In this document: positions 18,562 to 27,890 of the stretch, piece by piece
Numbering within the stretch: the first letter of the stretch is position 1
Layout: every line of letters starts with the position of its first letter
Origin: Minisyncoccia bacterium
GTDB taxonomy: Bacteria; Patescibacteriota; Minisyncoccia; Phycocordibacterales; UBA918
Reading direction: 5' to 3'
Assembly: GCA_046293175.1 (NCBI GenBank)
Contig: JBKBPM010000001.1
Location: 4,484 to 68,483 of the forward strand
DNA: 64,000 nt
Program-made: the position numbers and the translations under genes
Notes under the pieces: model-generated
The model's input: the letters and a program-made list of their open reading frames with translations, nothing else
Databases searched by the model: none
Told to the model about the DNA's origin: nothing

Positions 18562-19023
18562 ATGATGAAATCATCTGCACCGAGGCTTCTCTTGGGCGCT
18601 TCGGCAGTAAAACCTCGCGACCGAATGCTGCGGAGTATCCTGTCTCATGAATGCCAGGACACCACTGAATTCGAAGGGGGTGGTGATCAGACGACGGCAT
18701 TGGTCGACGAATTTCACCCTGCAGAGCTCGTCACCCTGAATCGCGAGGTCTCCCTTGTTCGGGTCTGGGGGCAGTCCGGGACCTTTCCAGTCCAGCGCTG
18801 GATTCTAAACCAGTTCTGTGGGCGGTACCCGGCATCTTCTCTTTACGAAGGCATGGCCTTGGCGGTGCGGCTCGGAACAACCTGGCAACGGGGACATCTC
18901 GAGGTGAAGGAGATCATTCCTTTTTCGACAGCTTCGCGGGTCGCAGAAGCGACTGCTACCCAATTGGTTGAAGAAATGATGTCGACAACCTCGTTGAGAA
19001 CGAAGCGGAGCCGGGGTGCATAA
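18562..19023 (+). CDS. Hypothetical protein in third high-GC islet (start at MMKSS)
   Basis: About 57% GC, SD-like ggaaggtagtaacATG; ends in GC-rich terminator gagccggggtgcataaccccggctcgttttttt (19003-19040). Confidence 0.4.
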   Translation: MMKSSAPRLLLGASAVKPRDRMLRSILSHECQDTTEFEGGGDQTTALVDEFHPAELVTLNREVSLVRVWGQSGTFPVQRWILNQFCGRYPASSLYEGMALAVRLGTTWQRGHLEVKEIIPFSTASRVAEATATQLVEEMMSTTSLRTKRSRGA

Positions 19024-19038
19024 CCCCGGCTCGTTTTT

Positions 19039-19389
19039 TTGTTACTTTTCGACTACTTCATGAGTACTATGAGCCAGACGCACAACAGAAGGGACATTAA
19101 GACAATGGCAGACGTTGATATTTTTCACGCACCAAAGCGGTGTGCTGATAACCAACCGCCGTTGGCGGATGCCATCAGACGTATCCGGGTGGTAGCGCCA
19201 ATTACTGCGCAGCCACATCTGAAACGATTGGCGGATGAACTGGAATTTCGCACCCCTCACTGTCCCGATGCAGTTACCACCACGGCGGTGCGCAACTCCC
19301 TAGGGACAGTGCTGGGCAGTATGATCGATGCGGTGCCGTTTCGGCAGCGACATGAAGCCGCTTTCGATTTCTTCGGCTTAACCGACTGA
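19039..19389 (+). CDS. Hypothetical protein in third high-GC islet (true start uncertain; candidate ATGs at about 19060 and 19105)
   Basis: GC-rich ORF followed by terminator agccgggcatcgcacgatgcccggtttt (19411-19440). Confidence 0.3.
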   Translation: MLLFDYFMSTMSQTHNRRDIKTMADVDIFHAPKRCADNQPPLADAIRRIRVVAPITAQPHLKRLADELEFRTPHCPDAVTTTAVRNSLGTVLGSMIDAVPFRQRHEAAFDFFGLTD

Positions 19390-19496
19390 CGACATCGATC
19401 CACAAACCTGAGCCGGGCATCGCACGATGCCCGGTTTTCCTACATCATATGTGCTCTCGACACCACGCCCTTTTTTCAGTACTCTAGTAAAACAAT

Positions 19497-20873
19497 ATGA
19501 CTGACTTCAAAGACTATTTTAAAGGCAAACGAGTGGTGGTTATGCGGATTGGTTTGTTGGGTCGTGGGATTGGCGATACAGCCTATCTCGCTGAAGCCGG
19601 GGCGGATGTTCTGGTAGTCGATGCTGCGCCACAAGAAGTCATGCAGCCAGCAGTTGATCAGCTATCGCAATACCCGAATATTGCCTGGAAGTTTGGTCCC
19701 TATGATTTTGCTGACTTCAAAGACGCTGACCTCGTACTCGTGGGTGCCGGGGCACCACTTGATGAACCAGTGCTCCTTGAGTGTCAAGCGGCAGGAGTTC
19801 GATTGGTTCAAAGTGCCGCGCTATTTGCTGAGCTGTCTGGTGTGCCAGTGATTGGGGTGACCGGGACACGAGGGAAGAGTACCGTGACGATGATGATTCA
19901 TCATGTACTCTCGTACATCACCAGTGAGAATATTTTGCTCGGGGGTAACATCCGTGGGGTCTCCAATCTCCAGCTCCTTAATGAAGTAAAAGAAGATTCG
20001 CTCTGTGTGATGGAGCTCGACTCGTGGCAGCTTCAGGGCTGGGGCTGGGCCGGTATCAGTCCACAGGTGGCCGTCTTCACGAGTTTTATGGAAGATCACC
20101 TCAATTACTACTCTCGTGGTGGCAAATCTCACGACGACGCCATGGCGGCTTACTTCGTGGACAAAGCACAGATATTTTTGCATCAAGAAGAGAGTGGAAC
20201 ATTTATCACCACTCCTGCGGTATTTGAATGGGTAAAAAAGGTCTTGCCAAACGAAACGATTAGCCAGGAGCTAGTACTCGCAGACACCTCTGTTTTACCC
20301 GAGGACATGCTCCTCTCGATGCCGGGTGAGCATAATCGCCTCAATGCTGCTTTAGCCTATGAAGCCCTTAAGGCAGTCGGGCTTGATGATGAGGCTATTT
20401 TTGAAGGCCTCGCAACTTTCCCGGGGGTTGAAGGACGCTTGCAATTGGTAGCAACCAAAGACAATGTCCGCGTTTACAATGACAACAATGCGACAACACC
20501 GCAGGCCACTATTGCTGCGCTTGAAGCACTTGATTTGGGGAACCGGAACATTATCTTGATTGCCGGTGGAGCAGATAAAAATATTGATGTGACCAATCTC
20601 GCTTATGCGATTACGCAACACTGCAAAAATGTCCTCCTGATTCCTGGTTCCGGTACCGATAACCTCCTCTCGTATCTCGATGGCGGAGAAGTGGGTGTTT
20701 CAGTCTTACCAAACCTCAAGACTGCCTTTGCCGAAGCGACGCGCTTCGCAGAAAACGGCGACATCATCCTCTTTAGTCCAGCCTTTGCCTCATTCTCACA
20801 GTACAAAAATGAGTACGAACGTAATGATGAGTTCCTTAATCTTGTACAGCAGTGGGAGGACACGGTAGAGTAA
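19497..20873 (+). CDS. murD: UDP-N-acetylmuramoylalanine--D-glutamate ligase MurD
   Basis: N-terminal Rossmann KRVVVMRIGLLGRGIG, Mur ligase P-loop GVTGTRGKSTVT, C-terminal Mur_ligase_C region. Confidence 0.85.
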   Translation: MTDFKDYFKGKRVVVMRIGLLGRGIGDTAYLAEAGADVLVVDAAPQEVMQPAVDQLSQYPNIAWKFGPYDFADFKDADLVLVGAGAPLDEPVLLECQAAGVRLVQSAALFAELSGVPVIGVTGTRGKSTVTMMIHHVLSYITSENILLGGNIRGVSNLQLLNEVKEDSLCVMELDSWQLQGWGWAGISPQVAVFTSFMEDHLNYYSRGGKSHDDAMAAYFVDKAQIFLHQEESGTFITTPAVFEWVKKVLPNETISQELVLADTSVLPEDMLLSMPGEHNRLNAALAYEALKAVGLDDEAIFEGLATFPGVEGRLQLVATKDNVRVYNDNNATTPQATIAALEALDLGNRNIILIAGGADKNIDVTNLAYAITQHCKNVLLIPGSGTDNLLSYLDGGEVGVSVLPNLKTAFAEATRFAENGDIILFSPAFASFSQYKNEYERNDEFLNLVQQWEDTVE

Positions 20874-20900
20874 TATAGCGTATATGCTATAGTAGTTTGT

Positions 20901-22187
20901 ATGGAAAAGCATATTCACTTTATTGGTATTGGTGGAATCGGTATGAGTGCCTTGGCGCGTTTTTGGCAACACGAGGGAGCGGTGGTGACGGGGAGTGATC
21001 GTGAGCCCAGTCTTATCACCAAAGGGCTGGAAGACCTCGGCATCGTTATTGACTATGAGCAAAAAGCGGAGAATGTAAGTTCGAGGAAAGACCTCGAACT
21101 AGTGGTGTACACCGAAGCGATGCCAAAGGATCATCCGGAGATGATGGCCGCGCGTGAGCTTGGAGTACCAATGGTCAACTACTTTGAAGCGCTTGGCCAA
21201 GTCGCAAACGAGTACTACCTTATTGCGGTAGCCGGCAGTCATGGGAAGACGACGACCACTGCGATGATTACCGACATTCTCGAAGAAGCGGGCCTTGATC
21301 CAACTGCTATTATTGGTTCACTCCGCAGCAAGACAAAGAGCAACTTTCGCGCCGGGAAGAGCAAATATGCGGTGGTGGAAGCTTGTGAGTATAAACGAGA
21401 CTATCTTCATCTTGAGCCTGATGTGCTCGTGATCACGAACCTCGAATGGGAGCATGTTGACTACTACAAAGACCTCGCTGATGTGCAGAGCGCCTTTCGG
21501 GAGCTCGCACTTAAAGTGCCTGAAGACGGTGCGATTGTAACTAATGTCACGGATCCTAATATCGCACCAGTGATTGCAGGCCTCTCGACCAACATTATCG
21601 ACTATCGTCCGCTCATTGACTTGACCCTCAAGCTCCGTCAGCCGGGTATGCACACCCGCATGAATGCGGCTGCGGCTCGTGGCGCGGCCGAGTTCCTCGG
21701 TATTGAAACAACAAAGGTGAATGAAGCACTTAAGTGGTTTGCGGGGACCTGGCGTCGGTTTGAATACAAAGGGGAAGTGAATGGCGCTCCAGTCTATGAT
21801 GACTACGGACACCATCCAACCGAGCTGCGCGCAACATTTGCTGGAGTGCGTGAGCTCTATCCTGACCATAAGCTCAAGGTAGTATTTCAATCCCATACCT
21901 ATTCCCGTACCTACGAACTGTTTACTGATTTTGTAACGGTACTTGCTACTGCGGATGAGGTATCGCTTTTGCCAATCTACGCCGCTCGTGAAGAAAACAA
22001 ATGGGGGGTAACGAGTGAAAAGCTCGCTGCAGAAATTATTGCAAAGGGTACCCCTTGTACGGTCTACGAGACGATTCCGGCTTGTGCCCTCGCGATCAAA
22101 GAATCACTCTCGTACGAGAAAAAAGAAGTGGTCTTAGTGATTGGTGCAGGAGCGGTGACGGAGGTTGCAACTCTGCTCACTGAGTAG
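20901..22187 (+). CDS. murC: UDP-N-acetylmuramate--L-alanine ligase MurC
   Basis: HFIGIGGIGMSALA N-terminus, AVAGSHGKTTTTAMI P-loop. Confidence 0.85.
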   Translation: MEKHIHFIGIGGIGMSALARFWQHEGAVVTGSDREPSLITKGLEDLGIVIDYEQKAENVSSRKDLELVVYTEAMPKDHPEMMAARELGVPMVNYFEALGQVANEYYLIAVAGSHGKTTTTAMITDILEEAGLDPTAIIGSLRSKTKSNFRAGKSKYAVVEACEYKRDYLHLEPDVLVITNLEWEHVDYYKDLADVQSAFRELALKVPEDGAIVTNVTDPNIAPVIAGLSTNIIDYRPLIDLTLKLRQPGMHTRMNAAAARGAAEFLGIETTKVNEALKWFAGTWRRFEYKGEVNGAPVYDDYGHHPTELRATFAGVRELYPDHKLKVVFQSHTYSRTYELFTDFVTVLATADEVSLLPIYAAREENKWGVTSEKLAAEIIAKGTPCTVYETIPACALAIKESLSYEKKEVVLVIGAGAVTEVATLLTE

Positions 22188-22244
22188 GTAACTTTTTTCC
22201 GTTAGCTGTGGTACTATAAGGGACAACTTCATAACATGTATCGA

Positions 22245-22410
22245 GAGCATGAGAGAGGGAACTGACCCGCTGCTAAAAACCAGCAACATCTCATCCGCAA
22301 CCAGCTATCAACGATAGCCCGGTGCGACTTTCTTCACTAGTTCTACAACTAGTGGTAGATACCACACCTCTTTCGATACGCATTCATTTGAATGCGTTTT
22401 ATGTTGTTGC
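22245..22410 (+). promoter_or_regulatory. Structured metK leader: candidate SAM-responsive riboswitch-like element plus intrinsic terminator (attenuator)
   Basis: AUGAGAGAGGGAACUGACCCGCUGCUAAAAACCAGCAACAUCUCAU parallels the SAM-I core (AGAGGGA..GGCCC..GAAACC..GCAACC) with a P1-like closing helix AUGAGA/UCUCAU. Downstream hairpin acgcattcatttgaatgcgttttatg sits 25 nt before the metK start. Confidence 0.3.
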
Positions 22411-22433
22411 TTTAGTTCATTAATTTTCTTTTT

Positions 22434-23380
22434 ATGTTAAAAACTGCTGAATGTGTTTCACCTCGTCATCCTGATAAGATTTGTGATCGGATTTCTGACG
22501 CTGTTCTTGATGTGTATCTATCTGAGGACCCAAAAAGTCGAGTGGCGATTGAGGCGGTGGGGAGTCATGGTCAGGTGTGGGTGACTGGGGAGGTTACCTC
22601 AACTGCGACCGGCATCGATATTCCGGCTATTGTCCGCGAGATAGCGGGAGATAATTTAGAAATTCGTGTGCACGTCGTAGCGCAGAGTCCAGAGATTGCG
22701 CAGGGGGTGGATGTAGGTGGTGCGGGTGACCAAGGTATTATGACCGGCTATGCCACCCGTGAGACCAAAAGTTATATGCCACGTGAGTACGAGTTGGCCC
22801 GTCAGCTCTGTCAGAAGGTATATGAAGTTTTCCCGTTTGATGGCAAGACTCAAGTGACGGTTGATGGTACCGGTGCAGTTACCTCAGTGGTCTGTAGTTT
22901 CCAAAACGCACCAAAGGCTAAGCTTGAAGCGCTCGTACGGTCGGTGATCCCTAATGCTCGCGAATACCACATCAATCCCGCTGGTGATTGGAGTCAGGGC
23001 GGCTTTGATGCTGATGCTGGGCTTACTGGACGTAAGATTATTGTCGACAACTATGGACCTGAGGTGGCAGTTGGTGGCGGCGCCTTCTCTGGTAAAGATC
23101 CGAGCAAGGTAGACCGTAGCGCCGCCTATATGGCACGGCGCATTGCAGTTGATTATCTCGAGGCACGGCCTGAAGCGAATACGGTCCTCGTGAAGCTTGC
23201 GTACGCCATTGGGCACCCTGAGGCACTTATGGCGGTCGCTATCGTCGACGGCGTACCAGAGACGGTCGAAGGGTACAATCTCACCCCGCAGGAATTAAGG
23301 ATTTCCTCGGGCTTGAGGCACCAATCTACGCTGATACGGCAGCGTGGGGGCACTTTGGGCGCGGGTTTAGTTGGAGGTAG
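22434..23380 (+). CDS. metK: S-adenosylmethionine synthetase MetK (compact form) with an apparent 1-nt deletion or frameshift near 23298-23301; true frame ends at TAG 23378-23380
   Basis: HPDKICDRISDAVLD, GGGAFSGKDPSKVDRSAAY signatures in frame 0; conserved C-terminus DFLGLEAPIYADTAAWGHFGRGFSWR* is in the -1 frame starting at 23300. Confidence 0.8.
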
Positions 23381-23387
23381 GAGAACA

Positions 23388-23427
23388 AGAAAAGGCCGGA
23401 GCTATCGCTCCGGCCTTTTCTTTTTTC
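23388..23427 (+). terminator. Rho-independent terminator between metK and rsmI
   Basis: aaaaggccggagctatcgctccggccttttcttttttc. Confidence 0.75.
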
Positions 23428-23457
23428 AAAATCGTGGTACGGTATGGCAACTACGTA

Positions 23458-24143
23458 TGCATAAAATTGGCACCCTTTTTGTCGTTGCTACCCCGATTGG
23501 GAACATGGAGGATATCACACTCCGTGCGCTTCGGGTTTTTCGTGAAGTAGATTATGTGTTGTGTGAGGATACTCGTACGACCGGGAATCTTTTGAAGCAC
23601 CACGGGGTAAAGGCCAAACTAAAACGTTACGATGCACATGCCAGTGTCGCCGCTCACGAAGCGATTGTGGCTGACCTGGTCGTCGGGCAGTCAATTGCCC
23701 TGGTTTCAGACGCCGGAACCCCAGGTGTCTCAGATCCCGGAGTGGTCCTGGTACGCCAAGCCCGCGCCGCGGGCTGTCGGATTGATGCTATTCCTGGTGC
23801 GTCAGCTATTACGGCCGCTATTTCTATCGCTGGTATCAACGGAAATCAGTTTAGTTTTCTCGGCTTTGTCCCAAGTAAGAAGGGGCGCGAGACATTTTTT
23901 GCAGATCTCGAGCTCTATGATCATCCGGTAGTTTTTTTTGAGGCAACTCACCGTATTCTTAAAACACTAGAGAGCCTCGCGGCACAGTACAGTACCGCTA
24001 CGCTTCATCTCGCGCGAGAACTTACCAAATTCCATGAAGAGATGCTTGTGGGATCGCCGGCGGAGATTTTGGCAACCTTAACCGCAGCACCGGTCAAGCA
24101 AAAAGGGGAGTTTGTACTTATTTTGACCCAACCAAACGCCTAA
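23458..24143 (+). CDS. rsmI: 16S rRNA (cytidine1402-2'-O)-methyltransferase RsmI (tetrapyrrole-methylase fold)
   Basis: MHKIGTLFVVATPIGNMEDITLRALRVFREVDYVLCEDTRTTGNLLKHHGV; ORF track fuses it to metK only because of the upstream frameshift. Confidence 0.8.
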
Positions 24144-24169
24144 AAGTTTTCCACAGTTTTAGTTATATT

Positions 24170-24442
24170 TTGTCACCCGGGTTTTGGTGCGGTATACTCG
24201 AAGGAATGACTAAAGGCACACTGGTATTTCTGTTAGGGTTAGTAACGATTGTTTTGCCATCGCTCGGTATACCGATGTTGTGGAAGCAAATCATCTTTGC
24301 ACTCATGGGTGTATTACTCATTGGGATTGGCTACAGTATTCGCCGTTCCCAGTACTTATCTACTCTTGAGCATGATGGTACTGTACGTACCGCTGAGACG
24401 TTTGTAGAGACGACCGAACCACTATTTGATACCACCCGGTAG
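24170..24442 (+). CDS. Small 2-TM membrane protein
   Basis: 90-aa ORF, hydrophobic helices LVFLLGLVTIVLPSLGI and IIFALMGVLLIGIGY. Confidence 0.3.
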   Translation: MSPGFWCGILEGMTKGTLVFLLGLVTIVLPSLGIPMLWKQIIFALMGVLLIGIGYSIRRSQYLSTLEHDGTVRTAETFVETTEPLFDTTR

Positions 24443-24462
24443 ATAACCAACATATTTGCTTT

Positions 24463-26127
24463 GTGGTAGCTGGTACAATATCCCTAATGAATCAGATAAT
24501 TAAGTTTCTGCTTTTGTTCTGTGTACTGTTTGGAGCAGAGATTGCTTTGGCTGCACCAATTGTGCCTGGGTCATTTTCAACGACGTGGGATACTGGTGTT
24601 GATACTACCGTTACGATTAACCTTGGAGTTTGCCCAAGTGCCATATATTGGGAAGAAATTGGTAATGCTAGTAATAATGGTACAACTACTGATTGTGTGG
24701 GTAGCACTCAAACTATCACTTTTCCCACTCCAGGGCAGTATCGAACAGACTTCAGTGGTTCTTTTACGAAAATTGATTTAGGAGTTTTAGGTAACCGATA
24801 TAAATTTCGTACGGTTGAGCAGTGGGGAAGTAGTAACTGGACGGACATGTACCTTGCTTTTTCTAATGTTACCCAGCTTGTATTTAATGCTGTTGATACC
24901 CCAGATCTATCTTCGGTGACAGATATGTCATACATGTTTAGTGGGGCAACTAATTTTAATTCTCCGATTGGAAACTGGGATGTATCCAATGTGACTTCAA
25001 TGTTTTTTATGTTCAGATCTGCGGCAGCGTTCAACCAGCCGCTCAATGCTTGGAATATTTCAAACGTGACAAACATAAAGGGTATTTTTAATAACGCCAC
25101 TTCCTTTAATCAGCCACTTGATAACTGGGATGTATCTCAGATTACAGAAATGCATTCAGTGTTTGCTGGTGCTACTGCTTTCAATCAACCACTCAATTCC
25201 TGGGATGTCTCGCAGGTAACCTCATTCCGAGGCGAAGCCCCATACCCTGATAGAGGCATGTTTGCCGGTGCCACCTCATTCAATCAACCACTCGATGCCT
25301 GGGATGTCTCAAGTGCCTCTGATATGAGATGGATGTTTAATGGCGCCACCTCATTCAATCAACCACTCGATGCCTGGGATGTCTCAAATGTAACTAGTAT
25401 GGCGAGTATGTTTCAAAATGCTACCGCATTTAACCAACCACTCGATGCCTGGGATGTCTCAAATGTAACTAGTATGGCGAGTATGTTTCAAAATGCTACC
25501 GCATTTAACCAACCACTCAATTCTTGGGATGTCTCAAGTGCCTCTGATATGATATGGATGTTTAATGGCGCTTCTTCATTTAATCAGTCACTTCGAAATT
25601 GGCAAATTTACAGTGAGGTAGCAATAGGAGATATTTTCCGTGATGCAACTGCGTTATCCTCGGAAAATTATGCTGATATGCTTATTGGTTGGTCACAATT
25701 AAGTTCAATACCTATGAATATTGATCTAGGTATTGTATCGGCTCGGTACTGTGATACGGCCGAAAACGCTCGAACATTACTCCGTACTGAGTACCTTTGG
25801 AATATTACCGACCTTGGCCCTGAAGTCTGTGCATCAGTTGAAGAACCGGCTCCAGAGGTTACCCCTCGGGTAGGAAATGGTAGTACAAGGACAAAAGTAG
25901 GTCTTCGAGAAAAACGTCTTGATGACCTTAAGGCCGCCATGTCTTCCAGTACTGCACCGGTGAGTGAAAAGCTTGTCAGTTTTGTTTCCTCCCTCAAAAA
26001 ATTCCTCAACTACCTCACGACCCACGAAGAAGAAATGAAAAATCTCTCGCCAGAAGAGTCTAAAGCGGTAATAATGGTACTACGAGACGCCATTCTGGAG
26101 CTCCTTAAGTGGCTGCCGGGGGTCTAA
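24463..26127 (+). CDS. Secreted BspA-like / DUF285 (Mycoplasma-lipoprotein-type) repeat surface protein
   Basis: Signal peptide; about 10 tandem 25-26-aa repeats of consensus FNQPLxxWDVSxVTxMxxMFxxATxFNQ. Confidence 0.75.
   Translation: MVAGTISLMNQIIKFLLLFCVLFGAEIALAAPIVPGSFSTTWDTGVDTTVTINLGVCPSAIYWEEIGNASNNGTTTDCVGSTQTITFPTPGQYRTDFSGSFTKIDLGVLGNRYKFRTVEQWGSSNWTDMYLAFSNVTQLVFNAVDTPDLSSVTDMSYMFSGATNFNSPIGNWDVSNVTSMFFMFRSAAAFNQPLNAWNISNVTNIKGIFNNATSFNQPLDNWDVSQITEMHSVFAGATAFNQPLNSWDVSQVTSFRGEAPYPDRGMFAGATSFNQPLDAWDVSSASDMRWMFNGATSFNQPLDAWDVSNVTSMASMFQNATAFNQPLDAWDVSNVTSMASMFQNATAFNQPLNSWDVSSASDMIWMFNGASSFNQSLRNWQIYSEVAIGDIFRDATALSSENYADMLIGWSQLSSIPMNIDLGIVSARYCDTAENARTLLRTEYLWNITDLGPEVCASVEEPAPEVTPRVGNGSTRTKVGLREKRLDDLKAAMSSSTAPVSEKLVSFVSSLKKFLNYLTTHEEEMKNLSPEESKAVIMVLRDAILELLKWLPGV
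25366..25515 (+). repeat. Perfect 75-bp tandem duplication (2 units) inside the BspA-like gene
   Basis: ctcgatgcctgggatgtctcaaatgtaactagtatggcgagtatgtttcaaaatgctaccgcatttaaccaacca repeated head-to-tail (25366-25440, 25441-25515). Confidence 0.9.
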
Positions 26128-26179
26128 AAAGTGTACATAACGGTCATTTTAGCTCTTCTCTCTCGGGTATACTTGGGGT

Positions 26180-27718
26180 ATGTACAACGAAGAGGATACA
26201 CCTCGCCGTTTTTACGCGATTTCGTTTGAAGATGATGAACCGATTGTCACAATGGGGACGCTTATTCCGCGTAAAGAACTATCGTTTCATCCGAGAACTG
26301 TTGCCCTCCCGCCACGTCCAACGAGACTCCTCATCGCTTCTCGAACGTTGGCACTCCTCGCCACACTCGTCTTTTGTATTTATGGAGCCGTCTTTGTGGC
26401 GCCAATCGCGGTCGAACGAGGACAAACCCTGCTTGCGAGTACCTTTTCGACTATCATCGCGACCAATAACGCACCCGTTGTGATTGAGCATCCGTACTCC
26501 AAAGAAGTGACACCTTTGACGTATGGTATAGAGGTAGCGTTTTCAGAGCCAGATTTTTTTGCCACTGCACGGGATGCGTTTATCGAAGCTGAGCGGACGT
26601 TTGTCGAGGCTGACTTGGCGGCGATGCGCCTGCGTTATTTTGAGGACGGAGTGCTGGTCCTTGAATATCCGATTGTAAAAAAAGGAGAACCTGGTACCTT
26701 CTGGGAGACACCAGCTGGACTTTATGAGGTAGAGAAAAAGAAACAAACACACTTCGCCTCTTTCGGACAAGTGTATTTGCCGTATAGTATGGCCTTCCAG
26801 GGTAACTTTTATATTCACGGTACGCCGTACTACGAAACCGGGGATGTACCGACCACTACTGCCCAAGGTGGTATCGAGCTCGCTACAGCTGATGCTAAAG
26901 AGCTCTACGAAGTGGTGCCACTCCACACACCGGTTTTGGTCTACGAACGAGCTGCCGACCGCAAAGAGTTTTTGTATGAACCAAAAGTACCGGAACTAGC
27001 CACTCCCCACTACCTGATTGCTGATGTTGAATCAGGTACGGTTCTGGCCGCAAGCGACCTCAGTGAAGCGGTCCCGATTGCGTCACTGACGAAGTTGATG
27101 ACCGCGGTTGTGGCCGCTGAATATATCAATCTCGATACCCGAGTGGCGATTACTGAGCCAACTTTTGTACAATCACTTATTCCTCGTCTAGGAGAGCGAA
27201 GCTCGGTGTCGTTCTATTCACTCCTTGAACTCCTGCTGCAGGAATCATCAAATGAAGCGGCTGAGGTAATTGCTTCTGAAGTCGGACGTGAGCAGTTTAT
27301 CAAGTACATGAATGAGCGTGCGAAGTCGCTTGGTATGTCATACACCACATTCACTGATCCATCGGGTCTTGATAATGGCAACGTCTCGTCGGTGGGAGAT
27401 CTGCTTCGACTGATGCAGTACATTTACGAAAAGCGCCATTTTATTGTTGATATCAGTGCTGGAAAAAAACTCCCGGACATGTATGTGACGGGTGAATTCA
27501 GTGGTTTGGCTAACTTCAATACCGTTGACGGTATGGATAATTTCATTGGTGGTAAAATCGGTGAGACCACCGCAGCCGGACAAACTTCCGTCACACTACA
27601 CACCCTTAATGTGCGGGGTGAAGAACGGGTAGTGGCAATTATTATTCTCGGCTCAAAGGGACGCAATGCTGATGTGACGGCACTACTGAAGTATGCAGAA
27701 GAGCGTTTTGGCAGCTAA
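26180..27718 (+). CDS. Membrane-anchored fusion: L,D-transpeptidase (YkuD)-like domain with D-Ala-D-Ala carboxypeptidase (peptidase S11, PBP5-like) domain
   Basis: N-terminal TM; YkuD-like FYIHGTPYYETG...AQGGIEL (canonical SHGCIRL position carries Gly instead of Cys); S11 motifs ASLTKLMT (SxxK), SGLDNGN (SxN), GGKIGET (KTG-like). Confidence 0.65.
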   Translation: MYNEEDTPRRFYAISFEDDEPIVTMGTLIPRKELSFHPRTVALPPRPTRLLIASRTLALLATLVFCIYGAVFVAPIAVERGQTLLASTFSTIIATNNAPVVIEHPYSKEVTPLTYGIEVAFSEPDFFATARDAFIEAERTFVEADLAAMRLRYFEDGVLVLEYPIVKKGEPGTFWETPAGLYEVEKKKQTHFASFGQVYLPYSMAFQGNFYIHGTPYYETGDVPTTTAQGGIELATADAKELYEVVPLHTPVLVYERAADRKEFLYEPKVPELATPHYLIADVESGTVLAASDLSEAVPIASLTKLMTAVVAAEYINLDTRVAITEPTFVQSLIPRLGERSSVSFYSLLELLLQESSNEAAEVIASEVGREQFIKYMNERAKSLGMSYTTFTDPSGLDNGNVSSVGDLLRLMQYIYEKRHFIVDISAGKKLPDMYVTGEFSGLANFNTVDGMDNFIGGKIGETTAAGQTSVTLHTLNVRGEERVVAIIILGSKGRNADVTALLKYAEERFGS

Positions 27719-27890
27719 AGTTTTTATATAATCACTAACTACCGCGTTACCTCCGTCTTTTAGGTCTTTTAACGTATAAAAGGTACACTTCAGACTTGCA
27801 GTCATAGGCGTCCTTGTATTTAGCGATTATCTGACAAACTACAGAGAGGGTGGCTCTAAAAAAAGTGAACTATAGTATAATGACAACAAC

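Noticed and set aside
22434-24143. 569-aa MetK-RsmI fusion protein suggested by the ORF track
   Set aside because: The fusion is an artifact of a 1-nt frame disruption near 23300. The conserved MetK C-terminus and its stop are in the -1 frame, and a terminator and a separate rsmI start codon follow.
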